This document shows, piece after piece, positions 1 to 8,095 of a DNA stretch of 64,000 nucleotides. Numbering within the stretch: position 1 is the first letter of the stretch; each line of letters opens with the position of its first letter. The DNA lies in contig OZ219926.1 of NCBI GenBank assembly GCA_964291405.2, forward strand, positions 1,760,001 through 1,824,000. Reading direction: 5' to 3'. Made by a program: the position numbers and the translations under genes. The DNA comes from Thermodesulfobacteriota bacterium. Lineage in GTDB: Bacteria > Desulfobacterota > Binatia > Bin18. The notes below the pieces were generated by a model. It was not told the origin of the DNA. It saw only the letters and a list, made by a program, of their open reading frames with translations, and did not search any database.

Positions 1-104
1 GCTTTACCTTTGGTCGGCAAGTTGTGACCACAAAAGTTCATCTCATGGTGGGTGACACGGCGCCGGATGAAATGGAGTTTGATGTGGCGAGTTTCTGCGA
101 ATGA
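1..104 (+). CDS. 3' end of a probable 4Fe-4S dicluster protein (partial)
   Basis: Frame 3 reads FTFGRQVVTTKVHLMV...FCE* with TGA at 102-104. It resembles the C-terminus of the 4Fe-4S proteins that precede Rieske genes in nitrate-reductase-like clusters. Confidence 0.5.
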   Translation, partial: FTFGRQVVTTKVHLMVGDTAPDEMEFDVASFCE

Positions 105-139
105 GAGAAACCAGCCCAACGAGATGAGAGCGTAGAGCT

Positions 140-634
140 ATGCCTGATAGCATTCCCCGGTGGCGTGAAGATTTTCCCATTAATTGGGAAGATGATCACT
201 ATGTGACCCGGCGTTCCTTCACCACTTTTTTGACCTTTATTTCGAGCGCGCTCTTTCTCGGCACCGGACTGGTTGCGCTACGAGAATGGTGGCAGCGCTG
301 GCGCCCCGCACAGTTTACGGCGCTGCGCATTGCCGCGGTATCGGATATCGCTATTGGACAGGCTAAACTCTTCTTTTATCCCACCAAAACCGACCCCTGT
401 TTATTGATCCGGGTCGCCGCGAACCGCTTTGTCGCGTACAGCCAGAAGTGTACACATTTACTCTGTCCGGTCCTCTATCAAAAGGAGAAAAAACAGCTCC
501 ACTGCCCCTGTCATGAGGGCTATTTCGCGCTGGAAGACGGTCGGCCGCTGGCAGGTCCGCCCAAACGTCCGCTGCCGCGCATCGTGCTTCAGGTCAAGGA
601 CGACAGCGTGTGGGCGACGGGTATGCAAGTATAG
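140..634 (+). CDS. Rieske (2Fe-2S) protein with N-terminal membrane anchor
   Basis: CTHLLC and CPCHEG ligand boxes, GPP motif, TRRSF (Tat-like) followed by a hydrophobic helix. Confidence 0.92.
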   Translation: MPDSIPRWREDFPINWEDDHYVTRRSFTTFLTFISSALFLGTGLVALREWWQRWRPAQFTALRIAAVSDIAIGQAKLFFYPTKTDPCLLIRVAANRFVAYSQKCTHLLCPVLYQKEKKQLHCPCHEGYFALEDGRPLAGPPKRPLPRIVLQVKDDSVWATGMQV

Positions 635-642
635 GGCGCGGT

Positions 643-861
643 ATGAATCTGCCTTCCGCCACACTGCGCCAGCAGCGCAGCTCAGTGCTCGGGCTGGTCA
701 CGGCTTTTGTCGTTGTCCTGTTACTCGTGCAGTTATGGCTGCTGGTCGAAGCAATTGAAGGCCATCTCGGCGGGGCGGGCAGCATTGTCGGTCCCGCGGC
801 AATCGCCTCGGGAGCATGCTTTGCCGCGGCCGTCTGGTTGTGGCGCATGATGCAACGCTGA
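643..861 (+). CDS. small two-TM membrane protein (DUF6755-like)
   Basis: ATG at 643. LLVQLWLL pattern and two hydrophobic helices, directly after the Rieske gene. Confidence 0.6.
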   Translation: MNLPSATLRQQRSSVLGLVTAFVVVLLLVQLWLLVEAIEGHLGGAGSIVGPAAIASGACFAAAVWLWRMMQR

Positions 862-880
862 ACGAGAGAGGGATGGTCAA

Positions 881-1123
881 ATGAAAGAGCAGGCGTTCTA
901 CCCCGATCACATTGTCGAGCAAATCAAATCGTTCTTTCACAATGTCCACGATATGACCGATTTCTACTATAAGCTCTATCTGCTGAACGGCTTGTGTCAG
1001 CAGTGCGATGGACGGGGCTATCTCCAGTCCCCGGACGAGGCCTGCCCGGCCTGTCAGGCTAGTGGCGATGCCGACATCTGGCATCGCGCACGTATTACCA
1101 AACCTGCCGAAAAAGCCCCCTGA
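881..1123 (+). CDS. small hypothetical protein with a DnaJ-type zinc-finger motif
   Basis: RBS-like GAGGGA upstream. CQQCDGRG...CPACQASG. Confidence 0.6.
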   Translation: MKEQAFYPDHIVEQIKSFFHNVHDMTDFYYKLYLLNGLCQQCDGRGYLQSPDEACPACQASGDADIWHRARITKPAEKAP

Positions 1124-1138
1124 TACGCTCCCAGAACG

Positions 1139-1624
1139 CTATTTTTCTCTTCGCTTCTTTGCACGTGTGGAGCGTGGCGGGTCCAACAACCACACTTCCC
1201 CTGCTTTGGATATACGCGCAATAAAAGGCGGGGGATTTTCTGTAACGAACCGCTGTATTTTCGGGAGGGCATTGGCAATAGCTGAAGCCATGTCTTCACC
1301 GGACATATTGCCCGAGGGTAGGATAAAAACGCGAGCCCCGCTCTGCATGAGCGCTTCACGCTCAGCCGGACGTTTGCGTATACGATCGTCCTTGGTCAGG
1401 ATCAGCCAGCCGCGCCGCCCCACCGCAGGCAACCATTCTTCATCCAGGACATCGATCTCAAAGTGCTCTTTGAGCAGTTCGACTCTACATCCTTGCTGAC
1501 GGAGTGCTTGCGCAATGACCTTGTCTCCCAAGCTTTGGTCGAGGAAGAAGGTGGAACCTTCAGGCCGCGTCCCGGTAGTGCTCGCAGCGGATCGCTTCTT
1601 CGATTTCTGCTTGCGTGCGGCCAT
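1139..1624 (-). CDS. VapC45-type PIN-like toxin
   Basis: FFLDQSLG, DEEWL, ILTKDDRIR...E motifs. Overlaps the upstream DUF433 gene. Start uncertain. Confidence 0.8.
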   Translation of the reverse strand: MAARKQKSKKRSAASTTGTRPEGSTFFLDQSLGDKVIAQALRQQGCRVELLKEHFEIDVLDEEWLPAVGRRGWLILTKDDRIRKRPAEREALMQSGARVFILPSGNMSGEDMASAIANALPKIQRFVTENPPPFIARISKAGEVWLLDPPRSTRAKKRREK

Positions 1625-2300
1625 AGTCATCCGCAAGTCGGGCAACCGACTCCCCGGCTTCGAATCGTTGGTAGACGACTTCGGTTGAGATGCGGGTGCC
1701 GACTACCACCGGCCGTCCAAACGCAATGCGCGGGTCAACAACGATGACACGGGGCGCGGTCTCAGAGGTGTCTCGTCGGGTGAATAGATACAGCTTGATC
1801 GCCAGCCCGGATACGTCCCGTTCGATCCGACGCAGGTGGGCTTTCAGCATATTACGCATACTGAGTTGCCCTTCATCTGAGATGGTAATCAGGTTTCCAA
1901 ACTGTTCGACGAAGAGGTCTAATCCATCCGTCTCAAAGCGTTGATCAGCCAGTGGATGCGGAGAGGGAAAGTGCCGATTGATATAGCGTAGCGCGCTTCT
2001 GACTTTAGGGAACGAGACGCGATGATGACGACGAATAGCGGCGAGGACATGCGCCTCAATGAGATTCACGAAGGACAACAGGAAGCGCTCCGTATCGGCA
2101 AGAGCCATAATCGGTTTGAAGCGTCGAGGCCCTTGCTGGGTTGGATAGTGCCGCCCACAAACCCACGTCCGGAGGGTAGCGACTGGAATCCGCAGATAGT
2201 GAGCCGCCTCCGGGATACCATACGCTGGCAACTCGCGTGGGTCTCGCCCTCTGTATATATTTTTTTCTGTCCGGCCCATGAACGCGGCTCTCCTTGCCAT
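1560..2300 (-). CDS. DUF433 antitoxin (VapB45/Rv2018-like)
   Basis: N-terminal HTH (EAAHYLRIPVATLRTW). C-terminal DPRIAFGRPVVVGTRI...GESVARLADDY. Start uncertain (2279-2312). Confidence 0.85.
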   Translation of the reverse strand: MARRAAFMGRTEKNIYRGRDPRELPAYGIPEAAHYLRIPVATLRTWVCGRHYPTQQGPRRFKPIMALADTERFLLSFVNLIEAHVLAAIRRHHRVSFPKVRSALRYINRHFPSPHPLADQRFETDGLDLFVEQFGNLITISDEGQLSMRNMLKAHLRRIERDVSGLAIKLYLFTRRDTSETAPRVIVVDPRIAFGRPVVVGTRISTEVVYQRFEAGESVARLADDYGRTQAEIEEAIRCEHYRDAA

Positions 2301-2451
2301 GCCGCTCAGCATGTAACGACAAGCATCAACTCTTTACATTCCTCAAATCAGATCAAATCACAAGCCCGACGGCTTTAGGATGCACCTTACCGCCGTGGCA
2401 GCCTGGCTGTGGCGCACGGTCCGCCGTTAGACCGATGTTCGACAGAATCAT

Positions 2452-3486
2452 TCATCCTTCCAGCGTCGGCCACCCGTTTCTGGCGATATACTTATTTAGG
2501 CTCTCCGGCCGGTAATTAGAATCTTGCTCCCAGCGTTCTTTCACCGACTTGTGAATCAACACTTTTCCCTTCCTATGGTTTATTGGACGCCATATGTCCT
2601 TCCAGGAACGAAACTTGAGGCTCGAAGAATCGTGCAGCGTGGCGGCGGGGTCCGGTTTCAGTCTCCGACCAAGATGCTTCTCGAACGACAGGTCGGCTTG
2701 CTCAGCCTCACCCACCATCCAGCCCAGCGCGATGTCCGACAGTAGCGCACCGCCCTTATCCGGTTTGTAGCCCCCGCCTACATCAGAATGGACTCCAACG
2801 AACCATACCTGCTTCAAATCCAGGTTTCTTCGGGGTTGTAGAACGGTTGCTTCAAAGTCGTAGCGTCGCTCGTCAATAGCGAGAGCGTGGCGGGCAATGC
2901 GCACATTTGGGCCCATTTCTGAATCATAAAACTCATCCTCGGCGTTTAACCAACCGAGCCAAGAAAACGGAATCCCAAGCGCCCCCACCGTATCGAACAC
3001 GCCCAGGAACCGGACCTCTTTGGACGGGTGGGCATGCCTCTTACGAAACGCGATAGACTTTGTGCCCTCTGGCGCATACTCGTCTTCTTGACGCTTGTAG
3101 TGGTCGAAGGCCGTTTGTATCAGACGCGCGTCCGGGCGTTTCAGGATACCGCAGTTGTTAATAAGCCCACATAGGCTCCGCACCGTGTATGCTCCACGAC
3201 TGAAACCGAACAGAAACAAATCGTCACCCGGCGAGTAGTTCTGAACGATGTAACGGTAGCCGTCCATAATGTTCTTATGTATGCCGCTGCCCGCTGTCCC
3301 GGCGCCCCATTCATCATGGTAGGAACCTAATCCCCAGTCGTAAAATACTTGTTGTGGTGTATTGTCATCGGCAACCGGGCTGACAGCGCGAGCAAGTCGA
3401 ATCACATTGGCTGGAACGTCTTCTTTCAAATTTTTCTCGGGACGGTTCCAGGTGCCGTCCGCGCAGACTACAATACGCTTTTTCAT
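2452..3486 (-). CDS. DUF2235 (Tle1-like alpha/beta hydrolase domain) protein
   Basis: CADGTWN, GFSRGAYTVR, FDTVGALG, HALAIDE, WFVGVHSDVGGG motifs. Confidence 0.9.
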   Translation of the reverse strand: MKKRIVVCADGTWNRPEKNLKEDVPANVIRLARAVSPVADDNTPQQVFYDWGLGSYHDEWGAGTAGSGIHKNIMDGYRYIVQNYSPGDDLFLFGFSRGAYTVRSLCGLINNCGILKRPDARLIQTAFDHYKRQEDEYAPEGTKSIAFRKRHAHPSKEVRFLGVFDTVGALGIPFSWLGWLNAEDEFYDSEMGPNVRIARHALAIDERRYDFEATVLQPRRNLDLKQVWFVGVHSDVGGGYKPDKGGALLSDIALGWMVGEAEQADLSFEKHLGRRLKPDPAATLHDSSSLKFRSWKDIWRPINHRKGKVLIHKSVKERWEQDSNYRPESLNKYIARNGWPTLEG

Positions 3487-3751
3487 ATCTCCCCTCTCAT
3501 AGCGAAACGGGGATTTCCGCTGCTTCACGTCTTGAACAGCAGGATATCTGATTTGGGTCTGTGTGTCTCGCTAGTGTTGGTCTGGAGTTCGTCCAGAACC
3601 AAGGCGTGTTGCTGAGTCAGCATATTGCATGCTGAACAACAGGCCTGTTTTGGCCGACTGACGGTACGCCTCAGCCTCTGCAACCCGGACTCGGGTGTAT
3701 CGACGTAAAAATACGGCCTTTTCTACTTTTTCCCCAGGCACCCCTACATTC

Positions 3752-3767
3752 TGGCCTGTGAATTGCT
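3752..3767 (+). promoter_or_regulatory. sigma-54 (-24/-12) promoter of narK-nirA
   Basis: TGGCCT-GTGAA-TTGCT gives GG-N10-GC spacing, about 50 bp upstream of the narK ATG. Confidence 0.7.
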
Positions 3768-3817
3768 GTGTCCTCAAGTGTCACGAATATCGCGAGCAGA
3801 AGGAGGCTGGCGTCGAT

Positions 3818-5179
3818 ATGGAAGTCAAAAACAAGGCGACGAAAATTGACCTGTTCAGTCTGGCAACCCCGCAGATGCGGACCTTTCACATGACGTGGTT
3901 CGCTTTTTTTCTGTGTTTCTTTGGCTGGTTTGGTATTGCGCCGCTAATGGTGCTGGTCCGTGAGGATCTGATGCTGACCAAGGCGCAGATCGGGAATACC
4001 ATTATCGCCTCGGTCGCTATTACCGTTATCGTCCGTATTATTATTGGTCCGCTGTGCGACCGCTTCGGCTCTCGCCTGGTCTATACTTGGTTGCTGTTGC
4101 TCGGATCACTACCGGTGATGGGGATTGGCCTAGCCCAGAGCTATGAGAGCTTTCTACTTTTTCGACTGGCGCTTGGCGCAATCGGCGCGTCGTTTGTCAT
4201 TACGCAGTACCATACCTCGATGATGTTCGGCCCCAATTGTGTCGGGACGGCCAACGCTACCACTGCCGGCTGGGGGAACCTGGGTGGAGGGATCACCCAA
4301 ATGGTCATGCCCCTCATCCTGGGAGCCATCCTCTTTTTTGGTGTCAGTGAGTCGCTCGGCTGGCGGCTGGCGATGATCGTACCGGGTGCGGTCCTGTTTC
4401 TGACCGGTATCGGCTATTATTTCTGTACCCAGGATGCGCCGGACGGCAATTATCAGGAACTGCGTGCGCGCGGTGAGTTGCCTCCCGCGGAAGGCAGTTC
4501 CAAAGCATCGTTCTTGTTAGCGGCCAAAGACTATCGTGTATGGGCTTTGTTTGTCATATATGCGGCCTGTTTTGGCGTTGAGCTGACCATCAATAATATT
4601 GCCGCTCTGTATTTCTATGACTTCTTCAAGCTCGATTTGGCAACAGCAGGCATTATCGCCGGTCTGTTCGGTCTAATGAATATTTTTGCCCGGACCCTGG
4701 GCGGCATATTCTCGGATATCTGCGCGGTTAAGATAGGGCTCAGAGGCCGGGTCTGGTTTATGGGAGCCGTCCTCTTGGCCGAAGGTATTGCCTTGGTCGT
4801 CTTCTCGCAGATGAGCGTTTTACCGCTGGCGATCATGAGCATGATTGTCTTCAGCCTATTTGTCCAAATGTCCGAAGGCGCGACCTATGCGGTCGTTCCT
4901 TTTATCAACAAAAAAGCACTCGGTGGCGTGGCCGGCATTGTGGGTGCAGGCGGGAACGCCGGAGCGGTTGCCGCCGGATTTCTGTTTCGCTCGGAGAGTC
5001 TCAGTACCCAGCAAGGCCTGTTGATTCTGGGCATTGTGGTTGCCCTGGCGTCTGCCTGTATGTTTTTGGTGACCTTTCCGCAAGCAGTCCACGAGGAAGA
5101 ACAGCGCAATCTGGAAAAGGCTCTGGCCGAGAAAGCAGCACCAGCCGGGGAAGAACTCACTCCGGCAATCGCCAGCTAA
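3818..5179 (+). CDS. narK: NarK/NRT2 nitrate/nitrite MFS transporter
   Basis: RBS AAGGAGG. TWFAFFLCFFGWF, GTANATTAGWGNLGGG and FARTLGG nitrate-transporter signatures. Confidence 0.92.
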   Translation: MEVKNKATKIDLFSLATPQMRTFHMTWFAFFLCFFGWFGIAPLMVLVREDLMLTKAQIGNTIIASVAITVIVRIIIGPLCDRFGSRLVYTWLLLLGSLPVMGIGLAQSYESFLLFRLALGAIGASFVITQYHTSMMFGPNCVGTANATTAGWGNLGGGITQMVMPLILGAILFFGVSESLGWRLAMIVPGAVLFLTGIGYYFCTQDAPDGNYQELRARGELPPAEGSSKASFLLAAKDYRVWALFVIYAACFGVELTINNIAALYFYDFFKLDLATAGIIAGLFGLMNIFARTLGGIFSDICAVKIGLRGRVWFMGAVLLAEGIALVVFSQMSVLPLAIMSMIVFSLFVQMSEGATYAVVPFINKKALGGVAGIVGAGGNAGAVAAGFLFRSESLSTQQGLLILGIVVALASACMFLVTFPQAVHEEEQRNLEKALAEKAAPAGEELTPAIAS

Positions 5180-5207
5180 TTCGGGTGAGGCCGGTTCGTA
5201 GACAACG

Positions 5208-6674
5208 GTGAAGCGCATGACAACAGCAGCGGAGGAGGCTGGCAGCAGCCTCTCTCACGCCATTCAGAACGGCTGGAAATCCCTGTCCGAGCATGAAATC
5301 GAAGGGCTCAAAGGCGCCGGCGTCTTCTTTCAGCGTCAGACGCCGGGCAATTTTATGATGCGGCTGCGGATGAGCAACGGGCTCAGTAATGCAGCCCAGT
5401 TTCGCACTCTGGCGGCGCTAAGTGAAGAATTCGGGAAGGGCTTTGTTGATATTACGACCCGGCAGCAAATCCAACTGCGATGGTTTCATATCGAGCATGT
5501 CCCGGAGATGTGGCAGCGGCTCGAACAGGTCGGCTTGGTCTCGCTGCAGACCGGCCTGAACAACATCCGTGGAGTAACGGGCTGCCCGGCAGCCGGTCTG
5601 ACTCCCAACGAGCTATTTGACGCCTCGCCCGTCACTCGACACTATACCGAGGCATTCTTACGCAACCCGGAATACACAAACCTGCCGCGCAAGTTTAAGG
5701 TCACCATCTCCGCATGTCTGGACAATTGTACCTCTCCGGACTCACAAGACGTGGGCTTGGTTCCGGCAATCAAAGAGAGCGCTGGGGTTGAGGTCTGCGG
5801 CTTCAACGTCTTTGTTGGTGGAAAGCAGGGCTCGGGCGGCTATACGCCAGCACAAGCGCTTGATGTCTTCATCCCGCCACACGACGCCGTTTCCCTGTGT
5901 GGCACAATTGCCCTCCTCTTTCGTGACCACGGCCAACGCCAGGATCGCAAAAAATCACGCCTCTTTTTCCTCATCCAAGACTGGGGTATCGAGAAATTTC
6001 GGCGCGAACTGGAGCGCTGTCTTGGTCATTCCCTCCAGTCGGCGGGTCAGGATGTGCGGAGTACTGTCCGCACCGATCATGTCGGCCTCTTTCGCCAACG
6101 GCAAACCGGCTTCAACTACGTCGGGCTCGTCGTCCCAACCGGCCGGCTGTCAGCAACGCAACTGCTCGGTGTTGCCACGCTGGCGGAACACTACGGCAGC
6201 GGAGAGATTCGTCTAACCCCAAGTCAGAATCTGATTATCCCGCATATTCCAGACCACATGGTCGGCGACCTGACCCAGGAACCGGTGCTTCAAGAACTCC
6301 GCTATGATCCTTCGGCATTCATACGTGGCCTCGTCAGTTGTACCGGCCGCGATTACTGTCACTATTCGCTGATTGAAACAAAACAGTATGCGCTCGACAC
6401 GGCTCGTCACCTCGAAAAGACCGTAGGTAAGACCACCCCCCTCACCATGCGCTGGTCGGGCTGTCAGAACGGCTGCGGGAACCATACCACCGCGGATATC
6501 GGCTTTTTGGGAAAGAAAGTGCAGCGGGATGGGAAAACCATTGAGGCGGTAGATGTGTTTGTCGGTGGGCGCTCAGGTCCGGATACGCGGTCCGGTACGA
6601 AGCTCTTAGCCGATGTCCCATGCAAAGAGCTGCCTCAGGTGCTGGAGAAGCTCATTCCCTATATGAACCGCTGA
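5208..6674 (+). CDS. nirA: ferredoxin-nitrite reductase
   Basis: DITTRQQIQ, NLPRKFK, siroheme/4Fe-4S ligands CTGRDYC and SGCQNGC. Follows narK. Confidence 0.85.
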   Translation: MKRMTTAAEEAGSSLSHAIQNGWKSLSEHEIEGLKGAGVFFQRQTPGNFMMRLRMSNGLSNAAQFRTLAALSEEFGKGFVDITTRQQIQLRWFHIEHVPEMWQRLEQVGLVSLQTGLNNIRGVTGCPAAGLTPNELFDASPVTRHYTEAFLRNPEYTNLPRKFKVTISACLDNCTSPDSQDVGLVPAIKESAGVEVCGFNVFVGGKQGSGGYTPAQALDVFIPPHDAVSLCGTIALLFRDHGQRQDRKKSRLFFLIQDWGIEKFRRELERCLGHSLQSAGQDVRSTVRTDHVGLFRQRQTGFNYVGLVVPTGRLSATQLLGVATLAEHYGSGEIRLTPSQNLIIPHIPDHMVGDLTQEPVLQELRYDPSAFIRGLVSCTGRDYCHYSLIETKQYALDTARHLEKTVGKTTPLTMRWSGCQNGCGNHTTADIGFLGKKVQRDGKTIEAVDVFVGGRSGPDTRSGTKLLADVPCKELPQVLEKLIPYMNR

Positions 6675-6695
6675 TGTTGTGCAGTCTGTTGCTTT

Positions 6696-7391
6696 TTAGC
6701 GTCTCGCCGCGGTAATCAGCTGCGCCACACCACCGGATAAACTTGTCTTTACGACCTGCTCAAATTCCGCCGCTCGGACCATCCGCAGCAATTCCGCTTC
6801 CTCCGGCAGATACACCACCGAGCGCGGCAAGTAGAGATATGACTTTCGGTCTGAGATGAGACCGCCCAGCAAAGGCACGATACGCTGAAAATAGAAGCCA
6901 TGCCCCCATTTCAGGAGCGTATGGCGCGGCGTATCCACCTCAAGCAGAGCTAGTCGGCCGCCGGGCTTGAGGACGCGCGCCGCTTCTTGGAGGGCGCGTG
7001 GTATTGAGACGAAATTTCGCAGGGCAAAGCCGGACAGGACAACCGAAACGGCTGCCGTCGGCAGGGGTAAGGCGTTCGCATCGGCCTGAATGAAGGTCGC
7101 ACTGATCCGACGCCGGGTTGTGCCGACGAGCATGTTGCGGGCAAAGTCAATCCCGATCACTCGGGCACCGGTTGCCGCGGCGAGTTCGCTCAAATCCCCC
7201 GTTCCGCACGCTAGGTCGAGCACCCGATCATCGGCACAGACGCCAACGCTGCGGATGGTCTTTCGCCGCCAGTATTGATCGAGACGCAAGGACAGCCAAC
7301 GGTTCAGCGTGTCATAGTGCGGGGCGATCAGATCAAACATCGCCCGGACTGAGGCCGCTTTTTCCGCATCGGGCGGCAGGACATCCGACAT
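6696..7391 (-). CDS. ubiE: UbiE/MenG quinone biosynthesis methyltransferase
   Basis: MFDLIAPHYD, VLDLACGTGD, FALRN, RVLKPGG, YLYLPRS. Confidence 0.88.
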   Translation of the reverse strand: MSDVLPPDAEKAASVRAMFDLIAPHYDTLNRWLSLRLDQYWRRKTIRSVGVCADDRVLDLACGTGDLSELAAATGARVIGIDFARNMLVGTTRRRISATFIQADANALPLPTAAVSVVLSGFALRNFVSIPRALQEAARVLKPGGRLALLEVDTPRHTLLKWGHGFYFQRIVPLLGGLISDRKSYLYLPRSVVYLPEEAELLRMVRAAEFEQVVKTSLSGGVAQLITAARR

Positions 7392-7453
7392 GGCGTCAAG
7401 GAATCAGCCAAATCCACTCTGAGCAAGGGTGGGGCTTGGTGACAAATCATGCC

Positions 7454-7482
7454 TTGTGTATTGTCCGCCTAGAAAGTATATT
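7454..7482 (+). promoter_or_regulatory. putative sigma-70 promoter of the TA pair
   Basis: TTGTGT-N17-TATATT just upstream of the ATG at 7497. Confidence 0.45.
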
Positions 7483-7496
7483 CAAGTCATTACAGT

Positions 7497-7778
7497 ATGC
7501 GAATTACTTTTGCGCATGACAAAAAGGCGAAAAAAGCACACTATCGAGTTCGCCATAGTACCATTAAGGAAAGCGCTTTCGCTGAAGTCTTTTCAGGCTC
7601 TGTCGTAGTTATTGGGCAAAGGGGCCGAGTATTAAAGGCTGTGGGCAGGACATTTCAGGGCCGTTTCCTGACAGTTGTCTTCTTACGCACTACCGAGGAG
7701 CACATCCACGTCATTACCGCTTGGCCTTCAACCAGAAAGCAAATCTTGAGCTGGCATAGGGAGATGAAAGAGCAATGA
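7497..7778 (+). CDS. BrnT/DUF4258-like toxin
   Basis: Small basic protein with GRT..GRFLTVVF......IHVITAW. ATGA overlap with the next gene. Confidence 0.7.
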   Translation: MRITFAHDKKAKKAHYRVRHSTIKESAFAEVFSGSVVVIGQRGRVLKAVGRTFQGRFLTVVFLRTTEEHIHVITAWPSTRKQILSWHREMKEQ

Positions 7779-8089
7779 AGAGACAAAATACGTGTAAGCG
7801 CTGCGGCACAGAGCAATATCAAGACGACCAAGACAAGTGGTTCTGTCCAGATTGTATTCTGGAAGAAATGGACGCTACTTTCCTTGACCCGTATACGGAT
7901 GATCCAGGCGAACTGGAGAAACCCTATGTGCTGAGACCGCCTACCAAGCAGATTAGTATCCGCCTCGCGGTCGGTGATGTCGAACTCGCCCGCAAGCTAG
8001 CTCGGCAGAAAGGTGTGCCCAAATATCAGACGTATATGAAGACCTTACTCCACGACGCGCTCGTCAGGGAAGCACAAGAGCACCAGTGA
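7775..8089 (+). CDS. CopG/BrnA-like RHH antitoxin with an N-terminal zinc ribbon
   Basis: C-terminal TKQISIRL...ARQKGVPKYQTYMKTLLH. N-terminal CKRC...CPDC. Confidence 0.7.
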   Translation: MKRQNTCKRCGTEQYQDDQDKWFCPDCILEEMDATFLDPYTDDPGELEKPYVLRPPTKQISIRLAVGDVELARKLARQKGVPKYQTYMKTLLHDALVREAQEHQ

Positions 8090-8095
8090 CACCCC

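Noticed and set aside
2340-2432. GTCTAAC (RYYYAAC) after the DUF2235 stop as an integron attC site
   Set aside because: No matching GTTRRRY end or attC-like dyad, and no integrase or cassette array.
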